Below are positions 40,383 through 50,337 of a stretch of DNA of 64,000 nt, in pieces (position 1 is the stretch's first letter; each line of letters starts with the position of its first letter). The translations under genes and the position numbers were made by a program. The stretch is from Balanoglossus misakiensis (Eukaryota; Animalia; Hemichordata): contig CM082589.2 of NCBI GenBank assembly GCA_040954595.2, forward strand, positions 7,685,186-7,749,185, in the 5' to 3' direction. Under the pieces are notes generated by a model, which did no database searches, had not been told where the DNA came from, and worked only from the letters and a program-made list of their open reading frames with translations.

Positions 40383-43300
40383 ATGGCGGCTCTTGACCTT
40401 TCTGGCGAGGTGGAAACTACACCTGACAAGGTTAACTACGCCAGGATCTGTCGTCTGCTGATCGATGTGGGCACCAAGGTGTTGAGAAGTAGGTTCGACG
40501 CTATTCATCCGCCAAGTGCATTACCAGGGGTCTTAAACGCAAACAGAACGACCTTACAAAATTTAAGACCAAAGGTCATAAACAGCGATGTGTGGAAAAG
40601 ACTTTACCCAACACTACAAACAACAGCCACAACGTCAGCATATTTTGACATCAGTCTACTCATGATTCTATTTCGCAACATTTGTGGCCTTAAACCTCCA
40701 AAGTCTAACGTATGGAATACTCCCAAACCTAAAAATCATAGCCTGGAAGCTGATCTTGGCAGGATACGAAGGTTTCGCAACAGACTTCAGCACGGTCACA
40801 ATGCGTCTATTACGCACGGTGATTTTCAAACCTTCTGGGATGACATCACTGTTGTTCTTGTGCGCCTTGGCGCCAAACAGGACGATATCGACAGGTTAAA
40901 GACCACAAGTATGGACCCATCTGAGACAGAGAAATGTGAGCAAATTCTGAAGCAATGGGAAGATTCAGACACTGAGATGAAAGCCTGGATGGCTCGCATG
41001 GAAGACAAACAAGATGAACACACTGTTAAACTCAATGAGATTTCAAACCAGATCAGAGACGGTAAAGAAGAACAAACTGGGAAACTAGACGAGGTCCTGC
41101 AACAAGGAAATAAGTTGGAGGAAACCTTAAAGAAGTTCTGTGATTCAGGATCCAACACTAAATCATGTGATAGTACAGAGCCAGGATCTAGTACACATTC
41201 AGGTAAAAAGATTTACCCACAATCGACAGCGCAATTTTTTACCGACGTTTCCCCTTCAAAATGCCAAAGTCAGGTCCTTTTCTATCTTTATAGTTAATAT
41301 TCATACCGCATTCCATAGATAGTAGAAACATTTACTGACTGTATGTTATTCAATATCATTCTGACTTTAAATGATGCATTATTCAATATTGAAAGTATAA
41401 TCATAAATATGCAATTTAGGCCTACAAAACAGTTTGGCCAAATTTCACATTTGCAGACAAGTTACATTGAAGTGATTAAGTGAAAACCATGACCGAACAT
41501 AGAGAAAATGTCGACAAGTCTAATATGACAGAGAAGTTATCATCAACGTTAACTTGATATTTCATATTTCAGATAGGCCTTCTGGACGTCAGAGGTTGGA
41601 ACAGTGTCTGAAAGAAATCTACAAAAGACGTTTTGCCAAATTTCAACCCCTGCCTTGGAACGATCAGTTCTTTCTTTATATGCGTGATGTGTATACACGG
41701 TTAGAAGTGGCAGAAGTTGATGAAAGGGGGAAGATGAAGTTGCAAAGTGAAAATCCTGCTGAGGATAATGTGACATTTAAAGACGAAAGAAAAATGTTTG
41801 CATTATCTGAGACTGAGGGTGGACTGAAACCACTGCGAATAAGAGTTGAAGGGGCACCAGGTATAGGGAAATCAATCTTTTGTAGGAAAATGGCTTATAG
41901 CTGGGCTTGTGGAAACTTAGACCAATTTAAGTTGGTACTCCTATTAGAAGCCAGACATATTAATAAGTCCTCTATTGCAGAGGTCATATTTGATCAGCTA
42001 CTTCCAGATGATGCAAACATTACTGAAGGTGAGTTACTTGAGATACTGCATGATAATGAGGAATCCATTTTGTTTCTTTGTGATGGGTTAGATGAGACGG
42101 ATGTCAGTATAAAGAAGGATTCACATATGAGTAGAATTATTGCAAAGAAATTACTGTCCAGGAGTACAGTTGTTATCACTACAAGACCCCATGAATGTGA
42201 TACAGAGCTCAAAGATTGTGATTCACATTACAAGATTCAGGGCTTCACGTCAAATGATTGCAAAGAATATATGTTAAAGTACTTCAAACAGAACACTGAG
42301 AGTGTAGAGAAATTAATATCGGTTCTGGTGTCCGATCTGCGTGTATCGTTTGACTTTGATCACGGCAAGACAGACAGTGTTCTTTCCAATCCACTATTCA
42401 TGTCACTCGTGTGTATTCTCTGGGAAGATTACCATGATGGGGAGCCCTTTCCCACCAGACAGACAGAATTGTATTCGGAAATTGTACAGTGCATTTTGAA
42501 GAGGTATTGTCTTATTAATAAGCAGGGCATCAGCCTCGACGACGATGGAAAAGTACCCATTGATATAATAGACGAAATGAATACATTGTCCGAAATTGCA
42601 TACAAGTACTTAAATAGCAATGATGTCTTGATCAAGGAATCTGATGTAGAACCTCGATGGCTCCTATCATTAGGGTTCCTCGTTTGTGATCGTGGGGTTT
42701 CAAGAACAAAGCCAAGAAAGGTTTGTTTCTTCTCCCATAAAACCTGGCTCGAGTATTTTGCCGCCTCACATATTGCAAAGCGTTTGAGCGAGGGTGACTC
42801 ATTTGATGAATTCCAGTATCTGTTTGAGAACATCAATCACTTTTACCAGGTTGTGTTGTTCCTTACTGGTAAACTGAAAAAAAAGGCTGGATGTCTCTTC
42901 AGTGCCATGGTACCAGTTGTTGACAAATCATTATATGATGTCGAAGATGTAAATGATCGAAAGAAAGTAGTGCAGGTAACCAGATTAATCAGAATGTTGG
43001 ATGAAAGCATTGATTATAAAGACTTTTTCAACAGTGTTTCTCCAATTGTCCAAAAACTATCCCATTACACTTTCTTCACCTCTGGTCGAAGAGAGATTTA
43101 CGAGCCATTTGATCGTTTTGTTCCATATGTTGACAACTTTATGACGAAACAGAATATTTGCTGTAATATATCCAGTTACAAAATGTACAATATGATCATT
43201 GAGTTGTTGGAATACCATCAGAGCACAAAAGCAAAGCCACAGCATGACAAACTCCTTCAGTTGAATGTCAGTCAATTGGACGAGTCTCAGCTATCACGCC

Positions 43301-43728
43301 TGGCTCACGTGCTTGAGCACCATCTCATTTCCCTCAAGTGGCTCATTTTGATGGCAGGTGATGAAACCAGTGCAGAAACTCTTAGAATTCTCGCAAAGGT
43401 TTTCAGGAAAACTCAGGCAGTCAAAAATGTTGCTATACGTGCAGTTGTTGCCGGAAAGGAGGATGAGTTCGCTGATTTGTTTGAGAATGTAGCGAAAAAT
43501 AGGAATGTAAATTGCTTATCACTCCTCGTAATTGGACCATCCAGCACTGACGTAATCCCTTTTGAAGTGTTGAGAAGTGGTGACCTCAATGACCTCTGCA
43601 TCACCGTGGTTCAAGGGGAGAACTTGGCCAAACTGGCAGACTTCCTTCAAAAATGCCAGGGAAATACTAACGTTTCGTGTTGCATTTATCACAAAGAGGC
43701 CCTTACAGGAGAAGGGGGCTCCACATAA
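40383..43728 (+). CDS. HEPN(DZIP3-type)-coiled coil-NACHT-LRR-like NLR, copy 1 (exons 40383-41202, 41573-43728; 991 aa to the first stop)
   Basis: The N-terminal domain NYARICRLLIDVGTKVLR..FDISLLMILFRNICGL..ADLGRIRRFRNRLQH is DZIP3/hRUL138-like HEPN with an RxxxxH motif. Walker A GAPGIGKS, Walker B LFLCDGLDE, sensor-1 VITTR, HD1 NPLF and WHD FSHKTWLEYFAA follow. One phase-1 GT-AG intron. Confidence 0.88.
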
Positions 43729-44399
43729 TTTCGAAAATGAGTCCAAGTTTGAAAGCGCTGAGAATGCAACCATTTCAACTGATTCAAAGTGATTCATCTA
43801 CCGATGTCACATTGTGCAAAAACTTCTCTGACGACAGTCTAAATTTATTGAAGAACAACACAACGTTGGAAGAGTTAGATTTCCTGATAGGCACTGAAAG
43901 TGTACCAGTTATGTGCGAACTAATCAGAACAAACAGGAGATTAACATCACTCGTATGTACTATACCAATAAGTTCTTGCAGGATCTGTGAGGATTTGGCA
44001 TCAGAGCTAGAAGCCATATCCAATGCACTCTGCTCAAATTCTACGTTAGAAAGTTTCACTCTCAGTATATATGGTGATGTCAGTTCAATACGAAAACTAA
44101 TATCAACCCAAATACAAAATAAAGATGAATTGGTCGACGAAGTATACAAGTATCATGAGTACATTTTGACTTTTCTGATGTTTCAGGTGTTTAGACATAT
44201 GAAGGCTGGCAAGACCGGTTTGAAAAGAATCTCATATAGGTTTCTGGCAGAGTACAGCGATAAGATATTGTATTCCTTCTTGGATTCTTTTTTCAAAGAT
44301 GATATGAAATCGTATTCAACATACACTTGCAAGAAACTATGTGTACAGTTCACTCGGTGGCATGGTTATGTTCATGAGCTCATCATCAATAGACCTTGA
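43677..44399 (+). CDS. LRR-like C-terminal continuation of NLR copy 1 in the -1 frame
   Basis: RI-like LRR segments (LKNNTTLEELDF, LIRTNRRLTSL, ALCSNSTLESFTL). The frame overlaps the end of the NACHT ORF by ~58 nt and is open in both copies. Confidence 0.7.
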   Translation: MLHLSQRGPYRRRGLHIISKMSPSLKALRMQPFQLIQSDSSTDVTLCKNFSDDSLNLLKNNTTLEELDFLIGTESVPVMCELIRTNRRLTSLVCTIPISSCRICEDLASELEAISNALCSNSTLESFTLSIYGDVSSIRKLISTQIQNKDELVDEVYKYHEYILTFLMFQVFRHMKAGKTGLKRISYRFLAEYSDKILYSFLDSFFKDDMKSYSTYTCKKLCVQFTRWHGYVHELIINRP

Positions 44400-45473
44400 G
44401 GGAAATCATGTCCTATAGGTGAAAGAAGAGGGTATAAGAGAACCTTGTGTCTGTTTCTGTGGTATTTCTGTGGATATCTTTAAGTCCACCTGTCGTCCGA
44501 GTCAGTGGATGAAATTTTGACCACTAAGGAGTTGTATGTGTGTATTGATGGTCTTGTTGGTGGCAGTGGAGTTCATATGGCTACTTCCTCTCGCCTTGTG
44601 CTTTTTTTGTCACAATACCAGGTGATTATACCGTACCTTTATATAAACCCAATTGAGTTTTGTTGTCAAGAATGATTTTGAAGCTATTGCAAATGGTACT
44701 AGAAACATGTTCATCAGATACAAAGTTCTTTCGTCGAATTAAAGAATAATAGTCGGCAATTTAGTCTGAGAGCAGTATTTTATTGAAACTTGGTGTTCGA
44801 TTTTGGAGTACTGATTACAAACAATTGGCGTATTCTGTACACAAAGGACAGTAATTTCTTAGCTGCAAAGTATTGTCATTGTAATTATTTGGGGGTCACA
44901 CACACCATTAAGACTGTTCTGAAGTGTCACGTCAACACCTCTCTGCAACCCCTTGTCTATGGGGTGAGCGTCAGTGCTATAAATAAACTTTGTGTGTGTG
45001 GACACAACGCGACTCAAAGGATTAATGCTCTGTGTTTACCATAGGCAAATAGTGTTTCAAATTGTGTGTGTGTGTGATCCTGGTATTAGAAACCTAGTAC
45101 GTAATCGTGTGTACTAGATGTACAATTTTCATGTGATAATATTTGAACAAACATTTCACTGATATGTACTTGTGTCTTAATTTAAACTTCGAAACAGTTC
45201 TTTTGAAAGGCTATTCTGTTCTGTAACACAATTACAAATCACAAGTTTTTAAGTGCATGAGCATTTTCATGTAAAGTAAGTTGCCTGCACCCTTCATACT
45301 AGATGTAGCATAAACTGGGCTCAGTTATTTTGGAGGGAAAGTTACAAAAAATCATGACGTACGACTTAGATGGTAGACATCAAAGTGTGAAGAAATCTGT
45401 TCTTATTTCTGCTCATTTACCTTGGGTGTGATGAAACACATCTTCTAAACATTTTCATTATCTCAAGGTGTCT

Positions 45474-45698
45474 TTAGTTTGCTACAGAAGTTAAATGTTT
45501 TAGTGCCAATTTGTCACGTCAAATTTCATCAGTTGTGAAATGGTAATAACAAGTTGAATTGCCTTTCTTATCGGTATCGTTTATTTTCAACACAGTGTGC
45601 GACAAACAATGCTACTGGTTACATGAATGCATGACACTACACTGGACAACGACATTTTTTACGCTGCTAACTTTTGGAGTACATGTATCTTTAGGCCG
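45474..45698. repeat. ~220-bp direct repeat, also at 51220-51296 (truncated), 57715-57935 and 63273-63486
   Basis: GCTACAGAAGTT.AATGTTTTAGTGC.AATTTGTCA.GTCAAATTTCATCAGTTGT.AAATGGTAATAAC is present four times. Confidence 0.85.
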
Positions 45699-46524
45699 CT
45701 ATTGTAGTACATTCCGTGTTTCTGGTTGGTAAACAAAGTGTATTAGTACCTAAGCCGTAGGTCTACATGATAAATAAATTTTCACATAAAGCTGTTTGCG
45801 AAATCCTATTGTGGTTTGATTTCAAAATAGATGTATTAATATGCACATTTTATGCATAATTTGTAGAAATTATTCAACCTACTTTTTTCAAAACTCAGAT
45901 AAAACGATTTGAATGTGGTGGTTTTAGGCTTCGGGTTCACCGAGAAGATTCACCATCCTCCTTACGGCCGCGCCCCAACACTAGTCCGATAGAACAACAT
46001 TATATTATCATACATGCGTACATCTGCTGTGGTGAAGTTCTGCTTTTAAAATTCCGATGGTACATCAATTTGTTCATCATAACTTTCTGTCGCCAATTCT
46101 GAGAACCAAAATGTTCATGTAAATATATATATATATATATACTTCATATGATCCAATAGACACTGAGACAGTAATATCCATTATGTGCCCAACTACCTTT
46201 TATTCAGCAGAAGTGAAATTAAAGCAAAAAGTTCCATAACAATGCAGAGAAAAAAAATGCAAATTGCATGCACACTTCACTGAACTATGAAATGTGGTAT
46301 TCAGGATATTGCAGAATGATGTCAGGTTGGACCAATAGACCTAAAGAACACAGAAGAAAATGTGTATATGATTATCAAGACACTAAATCATACATAAAGG
46401 CCTTCATATAAGCTGCCGCACTTCAAGACATATACACTAAGGAAGGTTTCATGATATCAGGTGAGAGATTTTTTTTCATTCTTGATCTTCGCAGCATTTT
46501 CTCAGTTTGGCAGATAGCTACAGC

Positions 46525-49500
46525 TGTAATTACTGTAGCGGGTGCATGCTGCTGGGTTGACAGGTGTTCACAACATCAGTCAACCCAGCAGAACCCTCGA
46601 CAATCATTGCAGCTAGCAGCTGGCCACCAAAAACGGGTAGACATGCATACACGCGCGCACACACAAACACGCACGCACACACAGGTACATACATGATTCC
46701 AAAGTCCATGGGTTAATTTCTCTTTAACACTCGCTGGCAAAATCATGTTCCAAATAATCCATGAAATCAGGGTAACGTTCACAGTTCACCTGTTTGTGGC
46801 AGAGTAGTAGAGTCTGTGGAACAAAAGACAGCAACAACATAAAATTACATCCGCAGAATGATCCTATGTTACATATAACAGGTGCGCGAACAAACGAAAT
46901 TTATGCAGGCAACGTCTAAAATGGCAAATTACTTAACTCCTGACAGTGTAATCTATATTATCTCGCGAGAACCAGGCCTTCTCGCGAGAAACAGGCTTTA
47001 GAGCATAAAGAATGTGAGCTAACAGGTCTAATGAAAAATCATTTGTACTCGGAGAATTTCAAAAAAATAAACTCGTAGACTGCATACGTTCACAAACCTC
47101 AGTGAGTTAGCTTTTTGGGCTTGTGCATTATTTTTTTTCGAGGCGCGTCCACCTGCAGATGACACACGCCAGCGTGTCACCATGGTAACCACAGGGACAA
47201 GATTTACTTAACACGATATATTTAGCAACATTGTTCGCCCCTATCTAATTGCGTAAAGACCATACACATGAATTGAATTGAATTGAAATACTTTACCATT
47301 TGGGTATACAGTAGCTGCATGGTGGGTTTGAACACAGAACTTTAAGATAAACACCGAAGATTCGTATGTAGAGGGAGGCGGTATATTGTCCCCTGATCGT
47401 CAACGTCGATTATTAAATTAATTGGTGCACTATAGGCGATTAATCATATTCCCATATTGAAATGTATACTTTCGTTCCAGTGTTATGTCTATCAGAATAA
47501 ACATACTATGTCATTATTCAAATCATAACCGAACTAATATCAACTTACCTCCATTTCTGAGCACTCGTCATCTCCGTGTCCATTCGCTAAAAAGCAAGAG
47601 TACAAGCTGAAGTTGTCACTCCATTGACACTGCGAACAACAAGTAACATGAACAATAATTAAGCTGACCGGCTGGAGTGAGCGTTTGTTTAATATATCTG
47701 GTATTTTTCATTATTAGATCCATTCACTGCCGACCACAATTATTATGTCAGCAAAACGAAATTGGGACTAAATATATATCCCACAGTCACTGTACATAAC
47801 TAACTTGGCAAGAAGTCGCCTGTGACTGCATGTATAGCATATTATACGAGCAAACACTTACCACACGATAGGCCTCGGTAGCAATGGCTGTACAAGCCAG
47901 CAGCATTATGATTGAAATCTTCATAGCCTATTAAAACATGAAGGGAACATATTCAACGATGATGATTGAATTGAACAGGTGTATCAGAGAATTCGCGAGT
48001 GAAGGCCCTCCGAAAATAATTTGCTCATGCGTTCAATTGTCCGGGCCACCCGCCTTTCCTATTGCACGAGTGATTTCTTCAGCTGACAAAGGCTTGCAAA
48101 AAATGGTGTCAGAATTTCGTTGGCTATCGTTAACAAATTTACGAATTTCGTTATCAATCTGGTATTTAAAACTCGCTGAGACCATTTCTTCTTCAGAAAA
48201 GTTGCTTGAAGTGATGGGCCAATGTGTTTACAACACAGTCGGGATCAAAGATGTTCACGTCATTAACTTTCAGAACTGGGAAAGCGTCAGATTTGTTGTT
48301 GTTTTTTTCTGTGAAGGTTGACGCTGCGCCAAAAGTGAGACTGATCAATTTCTAAACAATGTTCAATAAAGTCATACTTTCCCCTTTCAGCTTGGCGTCG
48401 TCGTTTTCTTATTTGGATCATATTTTAGACCGGATAAATAAAACACGGTTGGCGATAATTACAGAGTATTCACAGTCCCCATCGATAAAATGTATGCCAA
48501 AAAAACCTTGGATGGCTCGGCAAAGTTTCACAACGCAACACCACGCTGTTTAGCCGTACTACCGAGCGCGTATCAGCCTCCGTCGCGCCGTGAGAAGAGA
48601 CGCGCTGCAGAATCTGGGCGAGATATATGTATCTTTGCACTGCCTTTATCGAACACAGATGTTAACCAAAACCGAACAGACAAGCTTTAGAAACTTGCCA
48701 GCAGAGCATAGTGTCTGTAAATTTTGATCAAGCTCTTGTGCCATGCCACGTTAAGCATGCTTTATATGTTGTCATAAAATCCCACGTAACTCAACGTCCC
48801 GTGAATACATGTAGTCTTATGAATAGACCCCCCCCCCTATCTCAAAATACACTGTTCTCTGTGGCTAGCTAAATGGCATCAGTCCAGTGTCGGACGCATA
48901 CAAGAACTTTAAAGTAAAAATATAAAATGTATTCACAGGGAAACTTATTCTGAGCGTATATATGAAAAGTAACAGAAACTCAGGCAAACTTACTGGTGTT
49001 GAAAAGTAATCTTCTATAGTCGCACTTTTCCGTCAATCTTGAGTGAAGCCTATAGGTCTCAGAACTAGTACAACAGTAGTTTGCTTTATATAAGGTACAC
49101 AGTGCATATTTTAAGAAATGTATTAATACATGTAGTCGATGATTGATGGAATTTGGCAACGAAAATATACTTTATTCAAATTAATCCGGAAGTAGAGGAA
49201 GAAATGAGAAGCGTTGGTGACTAACCTGTAATGTCACGTGATCACTATGTCTAAAATTAGACTGCTGCAATATGTTTTTGTCCAACTCATGAGTTCTTTT
49301 TCTCATCAAAAATAACTTAGAACTGTTTATAGAGTCCATCAAATACTAGGAAGAAATAAATCAATAGAGGATGCATTGCCGGCCGAACAATGAAAGAATA
49401 TACAGAAACTAGTTTCACGAGTAATGCGCGGTGTATTCTGCCGCAGTACTTTCACGAGCGCAGAATTAAACAACACTTACAGGTGTCTTCATAATCATTG

Positions 49501-50337
49501 AGCACTGTAGCGTAAGAGTAAATAAAAATTGTGCAAAGATTCACCATCAGGATATCTAATATTCAGCTTTTAGGTGATGTGGTTTATAGGTTTTACCTAT
49601 AGTTACCACAACCGGTCGAATCGGATTTTATAACAGTTGTATTCGTACAATTCCCGCATGTGGCCGCATTGCAATGCTTGTTTTCAACAGAATATTAGAT
49701 CCAGATATTGTAATTTACTACTGTCCCACGCGAAACTGACAACTGGGTGCCTTGGATATTTTATTTAGAAACGAAATTTAAATATTGACCCGTTTACTAC
49801 ATAGTAAACTGAAAAATGGGTGTAGACGTTATAAATTTACTCGACTAAAATAAAAAAAAAAGGAACCATCAATTCTGGTAGCATATAGGCCTATGTCCGC
49901 CCAGGTACATGTACTTGCCTAATGTGTTATACCAGGTTATCATATCTGTTCAACAGTTCTTTTCTCATTTCTTTCTTATTTTAGTTCACGAAAAGTTTGA
50001 AGGGATACAGTGTCTATAGTATATATTTGAGAAATGTCGTTTGGGTTGTAAATACGGGTTCCAGCTTGAACTACGCGCGCTTCTGCCTGGTTCCACATGT
50101 TGTTGTTGACCGGGGTTGATCAGATTGTTTCTTCTATAATTGCAAAATGCACTGTTCTCTTCCAGATAACACAACCAAGCATAGGACCATCATTAAGCCG
50201 AACAATTGACAACAGTAGTACAGCTTGTCTCATGCAGGTCTGTGCGTCTGCATGGGTCCACATCTTTCCTTTTAAAGCATCTAGAGCTTTTTGAATATGC
50301 ACTTTTTGCATTATTCTCATGATTTTATTTTCCAACC
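46525..50337 (-). pseudogene. Cys-rich multi-micro-exon gene relic, copy 1. Candidate exons in transcript order: ~50337-49989, ~49770-49607, 49504-49481, 49049-48994, 48714-48699, 47887-47862, 47629-47549, 47152-47088, 46813-46790, last from ~46620
   Basis: Minus-strand AG...GT pairs (one GC donor) bound exons of 24, 56, 16, 26, 81 and 24 nt with compatible phases. They splice to ..VLNDYEDTCFTQD*RKSATIEDYFSTP-TLCSA-AIATEAYRV-CQWSDNFSLYSCFLANGHGDDECSEME... Splice sites are conserved in copy 2. An in-frame TGA and frameshifts are present. Confidence 0.55.
47925..48330 (-). mobile_element. Degraded non-LTR retrotransposon fragment (region just N-terminal of the RT core); internally deleted copy at ~60460-60635
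   Basis: The minus strand reads ..KPLSAEEITRAIGKAGGPDN*THEQIIFGGPSLANSLIHLFNSIIIVEYVPF, matching the LINE 'EI..AI..GKA.GPD.L..E......L..LFN.I.....P' signature. Confidence 0.7.

Noticed and set aside
43659-43670. Canonical-looking slippery heptamer G GGA AAT near the NLR frame break
   Set aside because: A -1 slip here reads GGG AAA TAC TAA and stops at once, so it cannot give access to the downstream LRR ORF.
40684-44149. Antisense and alternate-frame ORFs overlapping the NLR exons
   Set aside because: These are shadow ORFs of the real coding sequence with no independent motifs.
46961-46989. Two TCTCGCGAGA palindromes (BANP-type motif)
   Set aside because: Both are mutated in the second unit and lie in an intron-like, non-promoter context.
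49224-49248. Additional 25-nt minus-strand micro-exon candidate (tag|ACATAG...CAG|gttagt)
   Set aside because: It cannot be fitted in phase with the neighbouring exons without stops, so it was left out of the model. It does add uncertainty to the micro-exon gene structure.
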